Positions 25,001 through 36,587 of a stretch of DNA of 64,000 nt are shown here, in pieces. The notes under the pieces are model-generated. The model did no database searches. It had not been told where the DNA came from and worked only from the letters and a program-made list of their open reading frames with translations. Numbering within the stretch: the first letter of the stretch is position 1; each line of letters starts with the position of its first letter. The DNA comes from Dendrobates tinctorius (taxonomy: Eukaryota): assembly GCF_039654945.1 (NCBI RefSeq), contig NW_027361713.1, forward strand, positions 7,564,001 through 7,628,000, in the 5' to 3' direction. The position numbers were made by a program, and so were the translations under genes.

Positions 25001-27584
25001 AGGGGTTGTCCACCCCTAATAAAATTTTTGCCGAATTCTAGCGCTATAAATTGTATACACCAATAGGATTTGGCTTGTAGGTTCCAGCGGTCATCTTATG
25101 GCCACAAGTAAGCAATCTGCATAGTTGGGTCACAAGCTAAGGCTCAGCCAGCTCTCTCAATATTAGTAACACTAATTACAGTAACCTACCAACTTGAGTC
25201 TCACGTGCAGACTGGAGACTCGGTGATAGGCCAGCTAGAGTCTCAGAAAATTCTCCTAAGATTATATCCGAAGAAGCGGTTGAGTCTCTATTCACATAGG
25301 TGTCGTCACGTGCCGACTAGCGTCTCAGTGCTTTTCGCAATAGAACACAGGAGCTGCTGACTCTATAGTCACACAGTTGTCCTCACGTGCCAACTAGAGT
25401 CTCAGCTGCTTTTCTCAATACAACACAGAGAAGCGGCTGACTCTCTAGTCACATAGTTGTTGTCACGTGCAGATTAGAGACTCAGTAGCTTTTTTCAATA
25501 GAACAAAGAAGCGCCTGAGTCTCTAGTCACATTGTAGTCGTAAAGTGTGGACTAGAGTCGAAACTACTTTTCTCAATACAACATAGAGAAGCGTCTGACT
25601 CTAGTCACATAGTTGTCATCATATGCCGACTAGAGTGTCGGTTTCTTTTCTCAGTACAACACAGAGAAGCAGCTGACTCTCTAGTCACATAGTTGTCATC
25701 ACATGCCGACTAGTCTCAGCTGCTCTTCTCTACAGAACACAGAGAAGCGGCTGACTCTCTAGTCACATAGTTCTCATCACATGCCGACTAGTCTCAGCTG
25801 CTCTTCTCTACAGAACACAGAGAAGCGGCTGACTCTCTAGTCACATAGTTGTCATCACATGCCAACTAGTCTCAGCTGCTCTTCTCTACAGAACACAGAG
25901 AAGCGGCTGACTCTCTAGTCACATAGTTGTTGTCACGTGCAGATTAGAGACTCAGTAGCTTTTTTCAATAGAACAAAGAAGCGCCTGAGTCTCTAGTCAC
26001 ATTGTAGTCGTAAAGTGTGGACTAGAGTCGAAACTACTTTTCTCAATACGACATAGAGAAGCGTCTGACTCTAGTCACATAGTTGTCATCATATGCCGAC
26101 TAGAGTGTCGGTTTCTTTTCTCAGTACAACACAGAGAAGCAGCTGACTCTCTAGTCACATAGTTGTCATCACATGCCGACTAGTCTCAGCTGCTCTTCTC
26201 TACAGAACACAGAGAAGCGGCTGACTCTCTAGTCACATAGTTGTCATCACATGCCAACTAGTCTCAGCTGCTCTTCTCTACAGAACACAGAGAAGCGGCT
26301 GACTCTCTAGTCTCATAGTTGTTGTCACGTGCCGATTAGAGACTCAGTAGCTTTTTTCAATAGAACAAAGAAGCGCCTGAGTCTCTAGTCACATTGTAGT
26401 CGTAAAGTGTGGACTAGAGTCGAAACTACTTTTCTCAATACAACATAGAGAAGCGTCTGACTCTAGTCACATAGTTGTCATCATATGCCGACTAGAGTGT
26501 CGGTTTCTTTTCTCAGTACAACACAGAGAAGCAGCTGACTCTCTAGTCACATAGTTGTCATCACATGCCGACTAGTCTCAGCTGCTCTTCTCTACAGAAC
26601 ACAGAGAAGCGGCTGACTCTCTAGTCACATAGTTCTCATCACATGCCGACTAGTCTCAGCTGCTCTTCTCTACAGAACAAAGAGAAGCGGCTGACTCTCT
26701 AGTCACATAGTTGTAATCACATGCCGACTAGAGTCTCAGCTGCTCTTCTATATAGAACACAGAGAAGCGGCTGACTCTCTAGTCACATAGTTGTCATCAC
26801 ATGCCGACTAGAGTCTCAGCTGCTCTTCTATATAGAAAACAGAGAAGCGGCTGACTCTCTAGTCACATAGTTGTCATCACATGCCGACTAGAGTCTCAGC
26901 TGCTCTTCTATATAGAACAGACAGAAGCGGCTGACTCTCTAGTCACATACTTGTCATCACATGCCGACTAGAGTCTCAGCTGCTCTTCTATATAGAACAC
27001 AGAGAAGCGGCTGACTCTCCAGTCACATAGTTGTCATCACATGCCGACTAGAGTCTCGTCTTCTCTTCTATATAGAACACAGAGAAGCGGCTGACTCTAC
27101 AGTCGCATAGTTGTCATCACATGCCGACTAGAGTCTCGTCTTCTCTTATATATAGAACACAGAGAAGTGGCTGACTCTCTAGTCACATAGTTGTCATCAC
27201 ATGCCGACTAGAGTCTCAGCTGCTCTTCTCTATAGAACAGAGAAGCAGCTGACTCTCTAGTCACATAGTTGTTGTCACGTGCCGACTGGAGGACAACACA
27301 GAAGTGGCTGACTCTCTAGTTACATAGTTGTCGTCACGTACCGACTAGAGTGTTGGCTTCTTTTCTCAATACAACACAGAGAAGCGGCTGATTCTCTAGT
27401 TGTCGTCAAGTGCGGACTAGAGTCTCAGCTGTTTTTCTTAATATAACACTGAGCGAAGTGGCTGATCCCATTTTTGAACTCAAGTGATGACTGACGTAAT
27501 CGGCAATTAAAGCTGAATCCCAACAGTGTGTACATTACACACTATGAGGCTTGCAAAAAAAAACCCAACCCAGGATGACCCCTT
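25001..27584. mobile_element. Kolobok/T2-like non-autonomous element expanded by an internal satellite
   Basis: TTAA|AGGGGTTGTCC ... GGATGACCCCT(T)|TTAA. Confidence 0.7.
25190..27460. repeat. ~78-80-bp tandem repeat, about 28 units, each unit self-complementary, with higher-order blocks
   Basis: Unit AGAGAAGCGGCTGACTCTCTAGTCACATAGTTGTCATCACATGCCGACTAGAGTCTCAGCTGCTCTTCTATATAGAACAC at 26681, 26761, 26841 and onward. Confidence 0.93.
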
Positions 27585-28090
27585 TTAAGGTAAAAGAAAT
27601 CAGGTACTGTGCATGGTACAGCATATTAAACTGAAGGGCACATCAGAGATAAGGCTTCCTTTTAAGTGTATATTTTACTTAATAACATTCAAAAGGCTAA
27701 GCCTATAAACAAACAATGATTTTTTTTAATTTATGGCCATAGTTTACCCAATAAATCAACTTAAAGAAATAGAATATACCTGAAAAGTCTGGACCTGATA
27801 ACTATTAGCTATTTGATATGTCTTACACTTGGACTGACTCATAATTTAAGTTGAATGAACGTATTATATTTAACACTCAGATCTGCAAGGAAAATTGTAT
27901 CTACTGAACGTCACTGTCTGGTATTATAACACGTGTATTTAGAGATGAACAGCAAGATAAAAGTAGCTGTGAAATAGCGGCGTGTAAGGCCAGTGGATGA
28001 AAATGTAAAGACATCATCTGAGTAAACCTCATAATAATTGGTTTACTCATTTAATTTAACGATATGACAGACAAGTAGAGTGAATATTAC

Positions 28091-28174
28091 CATAGTAGAG
28101 ATACTCTCCTCTTCCTCTTGTATCCTATGGATAGGTTTCAAAAGAGGCTGTAGATGCCTGTTGTGACGTGCCAG
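28091..28174 (-). CDS. ITPR3: ITPR3 exon (LARHNRHLQPLLKPIHRIQEEEESISTM)
   Basis: Translated by hand; acceptor ttcttgcag| and donor |gtaata; 84 nt = 28 codons; resembles human IP3R3 LSRHNKQLQHLLKPVKRIQEEEAEGISSM (recalled). Confidence 0.9.
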
Positions 28175-28813
28175 CTGCAAGAAAATATTAAAACACAACA
28201 TTTCATAACATTCTCTTCATAAAGAAAGTACAACACAATTCTGCATATTACCTGCATTCTCTCAAAAGCATACTCAGTTTTAGGGCTCATGCACTGCTGT
28301 ATGAATGGTCGCAGAATAATTGAAAAAAAATACCCTTTGTGTGGATTCTCTTTGAAACTTGAAGCAATTCTAAGTATTGGTCCCTACAACGGATATGTGT
28401 AATTCTGCTGTATGCTTAAGCCCTTAGGTTAAGTCCCCACTGAGTTTTTGCTTTGTATTTTTACCAAGGAAAAAATGCAGCATCTTACCGTTCGAATAAG
28501 GTTGATAGGATTTATAGAAATTGTCCTTTGTTTTTTCTTGTTGAACTCATTGGTTCTACACCTGGGTTTGGTTGTATCTCATTTGTAGTGTTTGGGCTTG
28601 TGCTGACATCATTCATATGTTCAGAAGTAGTCTGATCACTGTCACTTTTCTTTTCTGTTTATTCATCACATTATCATTCAGGACACTGATGGTAATAGTA
28701 ACTGTTTGTTTAGGGGTTTGTCAATATATACCTTTTGCCTCCAGGGATAGGCAATTTAATTGGACTAGATGTCACTGTGTGTTAGGACAAGCGGTTTTGA
28801 AGCTGTGGTTTAA

Positions 28814-29220
28814 AGGTACTGTCACACTTAGCGATGCACCAGCGATCCCAACCAGCGATATGACACGGTCAGGATCGCTGGTGCATCGCTAAGTGGTCGC
28901 TAGTGAGCTGCCACACAGGCAGATCTCACTAGCGACATAGCAGGGGTTGGGGGTCGCCACTTACCTGTCAGACGAGGTGATCCTGACGTCCTCCCGCCCA
29001 CGTCCACGCGTCGCTCGTCGGCGCCACAGGAAGCCCAGCAGGAAGCTGACAACGAGAAACGGTCCAGGACGTTCTCGCGTGATCAGTGATAATCAGCGGG
29101 GAGCCGGTCGGAGGTAAGTATTAGACATAGCGATATCGCTAGCAATATCGCTGCTACGTCACAAAAACCAGTGACGTTACAGCGATATTGCTAGCGATAT
29201 CGCTTAGTGTGACAGGCCCT
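28814..29220. mobile_element. PIF/Harbinger-like MITE
   Basis: TAA|AGGTACTGTCACACTTAGCGAT ... ATCGCTTAGTGTGACAGGCCCT|TAA. Confidence 0.82.
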
Positions 29221-30083
29221 TAACTTTATTTAGAAAGAAGTGCCCCTGTAGCCTTAAATTTAATGCAGCATTCATAGAATTTGGACAAGTGGACACTAGA
29301 ACATAATTTTTCTGTTCCATTTTTACAATTTCTTAAAGGGAACTTGTCATGTCCTTTTTAGCATGTAAACTGTATCCAGGGCATTGTTAGTGATATAATG
29401 TGCATCACTAACACATTTTTTCATTAAAAACGGCGGTCTAATCATGTGTAAAAACACTTTATATAGTTAGATAGTACCTGCTCGTTTAGTCATAGGGGTG
29501 TGCTTCATGTCATGTAGTCACGGTTGTCGTCACCCTCACAATTTGAATGATATTCAATGGTTGCATTAATGTCATTCAAATCCGCTTTTAAAAATCCCGC
29601 GCTTGTGCAGTGTGTATCATAGATCCGCACATGCGCCGTGACGGGCGGCTCCCCGCATGAGCGCACTAAAGCTGTGTGTAGTACCCAGCTTCACTGATGA
29701 GAGTCATCACAGAAGATGCACGGCTACCCAATCAAGACTGCAAGCGCGGCTCCATGAAACACAATACGTAAGCGTGGGATTTTCTAAAGTGGAATTGAGT
29801 AACGTTGACGATTTGAGGGCTCAGTCCCGCCACGTCCGGGCTTTGTCCCGGTATTTGTCATCTCTCTCTTATGTCTTTATTGCTCTGTAGTAGCTCGTCA
29901 TCCTCGAGGGGGGCAGTGCCACATCTCTCTATTCTACGAAACAATCACTGACCTCAGGGAGACCAGTCAAAGAAAACACTGCCGGTTGCCGCAGTGTATT
30001 CTTTGACTGGTCTCCCTGAGGTCAGTGATTGTTTCGTGATGTTGGTCTACTAGGCATTGCTCCCACCTAGCCAGAATCCTACT

Positions 30084-30125
30084 CCACACTGATGAAGGGC
30101 AACACCCCGAAACAGCTGTCTGTAG
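30084..30125 (+). ncRNA. Minimal type I hammerhead ribozyme, copy 1 (two substitutions)
   Basis: CCACA-CTGATGA-AGGG caaca CCCC-GAAAC agct GTC/TGTAG; predicted cleavage after C30120; G10.1 to A in stem II and one stem I mismatch. Confidence 0.8.
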
Positions 30126-30483
30126 ATGGATAACTGGCCTTGGTATTTCCCTTGTCATATCTGTAAACTCGTAAAGAGCTGGATATTGACTTAAAGGGCC
30201 ACTTAATATGGTGGTAATGGTGGTTTCCAAAAGGAGCCACCCCTTGGCTGGGTCCTTCCCTGGAGGAAGATCTGGCTAGTCCCGTGTTTGAGACTCTTAA
30301 ATGAGGCTCCACGGACTTTATTTGCATATTCGTATTTCCCAGGGAACATTGCACCTAGGATTTCACTGATTGAGTGCCTTTGCTGGCTGCCGCAGTGTTT
30401 TCTTTGACTGGTTTCCCTGAGGTCAGCGATTGTTTTGTGATGTTGGTCTACTAGGCATTGCTCCCACCTATCCAGAATCCTAC

Positions 30484-30527
30484 TCCACACTGATGAGGGG
30501 CAACACCTCGAAACAGCTGTCTGTGGA
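30484..30527 (+). ncRNA. Minimal type I hammerhead ribozyme, copy 2 (intact core)
   Basis: TCCACA-CTGATGA-GGGG caaca CCTC-GAAAC agct GTC/TGTGGA: 6-bp stem I, 4-bp stem II (one G.U), palindromic stem III ACAGCTGT; predicted cleavage after C30521. Confidence 0.9.
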
Positions 30528-30887
30528 TGGATACCTGGCCTTGGTATTTCCCTTGTCATATCTGTAAACTCGTAAAGAGCTGGATATTGACTTAAAAGGC
30601 CACCCCTTGGCTGGGTCCTTCCCTGGAGGAAGATCTGGCTAATCCCGTGTTTGAGACTCTTAAATGAGGCTCCACGGACTTTATTTACATCTCTCTATAC
30701 TGACGTAAATTAAATTATAACATTCACACTTCTTCTCCTGTGATTGGTTCTCCCCGGGACTCAAACTCCTGTCCATATTCTCAGGCAGCAGCTTTAGCAA
30801 AGAGCCACAGCCCATAATGACAAAAATAGGAGAATTTGGTAATCTTGAGATCTACTGCAAGCAGTTAACCCTGAAGCAAATTATATA

Positions 30888-32493
30888 CAGTGGGGAAAAA
30901 AAGTATTTAGTCAGTCAGCAATAGTGCAAGTTCCACCACTTAAAAAGATGAGAGGCGTCTGTAATTTACATCATAGGTAGACCTCAACTATGGGAGACAA
31001 ACTGAGAAAAAAAAATCCAGAAAATCACATTGTCTGTTTTTTTTTCATTTTATTTGCATATTATGGTGGAAAATAAGTATTTGGTCAGAAACAAGCAATC
31101 AAGATTTCTGGCTCTCACAGACCTGTAACTTCTTCTTTAAGAGTCTCCTCTTTCCTCCACTCATTACCTGTAGTAATGGCACCTGTTTAAACTTGTTTTC
31201 AGTATAAAAAGACACCTGTGCACACCCTCAAACAATCTGACTCCAAACTCCACTATGGTGAAGACCAAGGAGCTGTCAAAGGACACCAGAAACAAAATTG
31301 TAGCCCTGCACCAGGCTGGGAAGACTGAATCTGCAATAGCCAACCAGCTTGGAGTGAAGAAATCAACTGTGGGAGCAATAATTAGAAAATGGAAGACATA
31401 CAAGACCACTGATAATCTCCCTCGATCTGGTGCCCCACGCAAAATCCCACCCCGTGGGGTCAGAATGATCACAAGAACGGTGAGCAAAAATCCCAGAACC
31501 ACGCAGGGGGACCTAGTGAATGAACTGCAGAGAGCTGGGACCAATGTAACAAGGCCTACCATAAGTAACACACTATGCCACCATGGACTCAGATCCTGCA
31601 GTGCCAAACGTGTCCCACTGCTTAAGCCTGTACATGTCCGGGCCCGTCTGAAGTTTGCTAGAGAGCATTTGGATGATCCAGAGGAGTTTTGGGAGAATGT
31701 CCTATGGTCTGATGAAACCAAACTGGAACTGTTTGGTAGAAACACAACTTGTCGTGTTTGGAGGAAAAAGAATACTGAGTTGCATCCATCAAACACCATA
31801 CCTACTGTAAAGCATGGTGGTGGAAACATCATGCTTTGGGGCTGTTTCTCTGCAAAGGGGCCAGGACGACTGATCCGGGTACATGAAAGAATGAATGGGG
31901 CCATGTATCGTGAGATTTTGAGTGCAAACCTCCTTCCATCAGCAAGGGCATTGAAGATGAAACGTGGCTGGGTCTTTCAACATGACAATGATCCAAAGCA
32001 CACCGCCAGGGCAACGAAGGAGTGGCTTCGTAAGAAGCATTTCAAGGTCCTGGAGTGGCCTAGCCAGTCTCCAGATCTCAACCCTATAGAAAACCTTTGG
32101 AGGGAGTTGAAAGTCCGTTTTGCCAAGCGAAAAGCCAAAAACATCACTGCTCTAGAGGAGATCTGCATGGAGGAATGGGCCAACATACCAACAACAGTGT
32201 GTGGCAACCTTGTGAAGACTTACAGAAAACGTTTGACCTCTGTCATTGCCAACAAAGGATATATCACAAAGTATTGAGATGAAATTTTGTTTCTGACCAA
32301 ATACTTATTTTCCACCATAATATGCAAATAAAATGAAAAAAAAACAGACAATGTGATTTTCTGGATTTTTTTTTCTCAGTTTGTCTCCCATAGTTGAGGT
32401 CTACCTATGATGTAAATTACAGACGTCTCTCATCTTTTTAAGTGGTGGAACTTGCACTATTGCTGACTGACTAAATACTTTTTTTCCCCACTG
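30888..32493 (+). mobile_element. Full-length Tc1 transposon, 1,606 bp, potentially autonomous
   Basis: TA|CAGTGGGGAAAAAAAGTATTTAGTCAG ... CTGACTAAATACTTTTTTTCCCCACTG|TA; ~205-bp near-perfect TIRs. Confidence 0.97.
31255..32277 (+). CDS. Tc1 transposase, 340 aa, intact DD34E
   Basis: Uninterrupted ORF; paired-like HTH, GAPRK linker, [15 protein letters not shown] and SPDLNPIE with exactly 34 residues between the second D and the E. Confidence 0.96.
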   Translation: MVKTKELSKDTRNKIVALHQAGKTESAIANQLGVKKSTVGAIIRKWKTYKTTDNLPRSGAPRKIPPRGVRMITRTVSKNPRTTQGDLVNELQRAGTNVTRPTISNTLCHHGLRSCSAKRVPLLKPVHVRARLKFAREHLDDPEEFWENVLWSDETKLELFGRNTTCRVWRKKNTELHPSNTIPTVKHGGGNIMLWGCFSAKGPGRLIRVHERMNGAMYREILSANLLPSARALKMKRGWVFQHDNDPKHTARATKEWLRKKHFKVLEWPSQSPDLNPIENLWRELKVRFAKRKAKNITALEEICMEEWANIPTTVCGNLVKTYRKRLTSVIANKGYITKY

Positions 32494-34029
32494 TATGTAC
32501 ATTGTATACAGCAGTGTACTTATTTGTTTTTGTATACTGAGGTGAATAAAAAGTCAGATTTTTTTTGTTAGAATAAAGCTATTAAAATAATAAAAAGCAA
32601 CTACAAAAATGTAAGTTTCTCTTTTTTTGAGTCTCCCAGGTCTCAAATCCACAACCTTCAACATTACAGACAGGAGCTAAAGCTATTGAGCCACAGACTC
32701 TGGTGATGTTACTGGGAGAATTTTGTATACTTGATCTGTATCACACACTGTCTCCACAGACAGATTACACAGAGATACATCTGTACATGGCAGTGTATTT
32801 TTATGTCTCTATATTCTAGAGGGAGAATAACATAGATTTTTTTCTTCCTATAAAATTATTAAAAAATAATGAAAAACAAATTACAATAATGTCAATTTTA
32901 ATTTGCCTTTTTAAAAAATAATAAACATCACAAATCAGCAAATAACGGCGTTTGCATGAAATCATATCCACTTTACTTAGACATTTCGATCGTGTCCACA
33001 TGTAGCATAAATGCTGCATGTTTCTGCTGCTTTTTTTTGGCACAGAAATTTTGCTGTGCTTACCTGTCTAAGCAAAGTGAATGTGATTTCATGAAAACTG
33101 TGCCCCCTGTGAATCTAAACATGCTGCTGAACTGTGCGGATTTTGTGCTTTATTTTTCTCTGGAGACTTCTATGTGGAGAATAAAAAAATGCATGTAAAA
33201 AACTGCAGTTACTTTTTTAAGTGCAGAATCAAAGCTTTTCTATACTATAAAAAGCATTTACAAATGTGGCTACACATCTGCACCAATCTTGTAATGCATG
33301 ATTCCTATTTGTCACTTTAAAGATGCCACTCCAATTTTTGCACGTGGGTCTGAAATAGTAGCTTTGGCCTTCTGTTTAGTTCCTTTTTAAATTGTTTCTT
33401 TGTTCTCCTTTCCATATGTGGCATCTGAAACATGCTATGGTTTAATTCTTGTGTGACCTTGTATACATCGCTAAGATTAATTCCACTGTCACTTTCCATA
33501 GAGACCTACACAAGTTTATTTCTTTTTTGAAACTCATCTATTAGACTGAGCTTTACTAATGCTAGTCTCAGGCTTGTCTCATGCCTTGTTTTAGTGCGTT
33601 AATCAGAGCACTGTATGAGTCAGGTAAACTGCATTGCAATGTGCCTGTAACATGACTATCTTTTATGTCCTCACCCACAGATGTAGTTGCCTGATCACTT
33701 AGGCTATGTGCCCATGTTGCAGAATTGAAGCAGATTTTTCCTCAGCAAATCCGCACCCCCTTGCCAGGAAAAACGCATGCGGATTTTGAAGCGTTTTTTC
33801 TAAGCGTTTATGAGCACAAATAAAGTTGGGTAAAAAAAAAAGCTCCTATGAGGTCATTTCCTAGTCCAACCCCTCTTCTCCATTTTTTTTCTTGTTGTAT
33901 TCAGGATGCCACAAGTGCAGCCCCAGTGGCCTCTCAGCCAAGAAAATATGCAGATTTTGCATCAGGGGCAACCATTTTTATGATCCCATTTTCCATTGAC
34001 AGTACACAAACTGCGTGTGACAGCTGCCA

Positions 34030-34397
34030 AACATAAAAACCCGCTATAAATAGTAAATCAAACCCCCCTTTATCACCCCCTTAGTTAGGGAAACATAATA
34101 AAATAAAAAAAAACGTATTTTTTTTCCATTATTTCCATTTTCCCATTAGGGCTAGAGTTAGGGCTAGGGTTAGGGGTGTGTTGGGGTTAGGGTTAGCGTT
34201 AGAATTGGGGAGGTTTCCACTGTTTGGGCACATCAGGTGCTCTCTAAATGGAACATGGCGTCTGACCTCAATTCCAGCCAATTCTGCGTTGAAAAAGTCA
34301 AACGGCGCTCCTTCCCTTCAAAGCTCTGCCATGTGCCCAAACAGTGGCATATGGGGTATCAGCATACTCAGGACAAATTGCACAACAACTTTTGAGG
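34030..34397 (-). mobile_element. Inverted fragment of the piggyBac-like family of 6460-12030, including a short (TTAGGG)-like tract
   Basis: Reverse complement of about 10760-10960 and 11320-11390, with TTAGGG variants at 34146-34205. Confidence 0.75.
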
Positions 34398-35669
34398 TCA
34401 GTTCATTGCTCCTGCATACCTTCCTCTTTTTTTAATTCTCCTTATCTGGAACATCTTACAGTTCAAACTAGATCACAAATGCAGCTTTTGCAGTGCATTC
34501 ACCAAGCCTTTAGCATTGTCCCCATGTCTTACATGGATCACTAATGAGCCAGCAGTGGCTCCTGCCTGTCTGTTTTTCTTGTTCCATTCCTGATTAATCT
34601 ATGGTCTCGCTGTAACAATAACCTCTCACAAGTCATCTCTGGATAATAATATTTCCACTTTAAACTTTCATAGCTGTTAACTGTTATTATTCAGTTTGTC
34701 CACTATAAATTTAAGCTCTGAGCTGCAGGCCATTTTACTTCACTCCTTCGTACGCATCTACTGAGATTCTTACATGTAATCAGGACGCAAGAACTTCTGG
34801 AAGACTCCTTCAGTCTGTTCATCAAGCTGTGCTGTACTTTGCTCTTCCTGTTTCACTCTGAAGCTAAGCCTGTAACCTTTTCCAAAATGTCAGATTTCAG
34901 CTGAATCATCAGCACTCAGACAGACACTGGGAGAATGAACTGTTTTACTTGGGACACACAGCAACCATTATGTGCATCATTACAACATGGAAGGTTGCAG
35001 GGGAAACTGACAAAAACAACAACATAGAGGTCACGCAGTGCAGTGTGACAAACCGCTAACAATACGCCATATGCTGTCTACTCGACCCAATCCTTCCACT
35101 TCATTACCATGCAGCTGGTGCAAATGCCAATAAAAACACAGTCTATGCAGATTAATTTATTAGTCTGTTATATGTAGTGGTAGAAACTATAAGAGGGACG
35201 ACAAGACTAACAGGATAGAATATGACTGTAGAAAACTTCCGTTACAAGATACAGTATGTGTTATTATTGTTGGGCCATCTTGCCCCAATAAATGTTTTAT
35301 TGATGTTTTCTTCATGTTGCTATTTCATGTGTTAATAACTTTCACTAGTTGCACTTATGGCATATGTAGAAAAAAGCGACAATATTGTATCAATGTTGAT
35401 GAATGGTTGCCAATTCCTGCCGATGAAGCTCAGTTTCCTATAGCTAAGAGCACAGTGTATGCCAGAAATGCATCCTCATCACGGATCCTACTGTTTTTAA
35501 TTGAATTTCTAATAAAAAGATAGATTTTATGGATGGAAGTGCTGGAAATCCTTTTTTCTTCTTCGGTTCTTATGGCATATGTGTGGGCAGTAATTAGGAC
35601 AAATACAGGAATGGCCCATTGCCAATTGGACAATTTTCCTAGGTTGAACAATGAAATTTTTACCCATTA

Positions 35670-36587
35670 GGCTATGTGCACACGTTACGGAATTCCCGCG
35701 GAAGTTACCGTGGGAAAATTCCAGAATTCCATTCCACGAGAAAACCGCATTTTAAATTCACGCGATTTTCCCGCAGAAAAACTAGCGATTTGCAAGCATA
35801 ATTAGCTTGCAAAATGCTAGCGTTTTCCAAGCGATCTGTAGCATTGCTTGGAGAACTGATTGACAGGTTGGTCACACTCATCAAACATAGTGTTTGACAC
35901 GTGTGACCAACTTTTACTATTGAGGCTGCCTATGCAGCATCAGTAGTAAAAAGATCTAATGTTAAAAATAATAATAAAAAAAAAATGGTGTTTTTCTCAC
36001 CTTCCAACATCCCGCGCAGCGTTCCCGATCATCGCGATGCTCCCATTCCCAGAAATGCCTTGCGAAACCTTTGATGACGAAGCGGTCTCGCGATACTGTA
36101 GCAATCTCGCGAGACAGCTACTTCATCACAGGTCCTTGCCGCAAGACATTACTGGGAACAGGAGTTGGCGGGAGCATCGGGAAGGCTGCGCGGGACGCCG
36201 GAAGATGAATATAACACAATTTTGTATTCTATTTTTTACAGGGATATGGTACCCACAGCCCGGAGGACAGTCTCCTCTCCTCCGGACCGTGGGTACCGTC
36301 CGCACATGTTCTGCTTACTTTTCGCATGGTGGGCACAGCCACATGCGGAAAGTAAGCAGAACAATGCATTCCTATGTGGACGGAATCGCCGTGATTCCGC
36401 TAAATTAATGAGCATGCTGCGTTTTTTTCCGCGATGTGATTCCGCCACAGAAAACTCCGCAGCATTAGCACAGCATTGCGGAATCCCATAGGTTTGCATG
36501 GATGCTTTTTTTTGCGTTTTCATGGCAAAAACGCGCTTTAAAAACCTCCGCGAAAACGCAAAAAAAACGCAACGTGTGAACGCAGCC
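35670..36587. mobile_element. PIF/Harbinger-like non-autonomous element
   Basis: TTA|GGCTATGTGCACACGTT ... AACGTGTGAACGCAGCC|TGA; homologous to 17882-18840. Confidence 0.8.

Larger units (their letters stand above)
29933..30686 (+). mobile_element. Hammerhead-bearing tandem retroelement (non-LTR retrozyme or Penelope-like pLTR array): 47-bp inversion plus ~1.75 copies of a 401-bp monomer
   Basis: Perfect 12-bp TSD ACATCTCTCTAT at 29921-29932 and 30687-30698; direct repeat with 401-bp period; 29936-29982 is the reverse complement of 29991-30037; two hammerhead cores; no credible ORF. Confidence 0.85.

Noticed and set aside
33240-34880. Coding-looking minus-strand stretches (33317-33499, about 34480-34600, about 34775-34870, also about 28510-28655) as a nested gene or extra ITPR3 exons
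   Set aside because: No recognisable homology and in-frame stops; the ITPR3 protein is already continuous without them. They may be decayed retroelement sequence, and a tBLASTx search would settle it.
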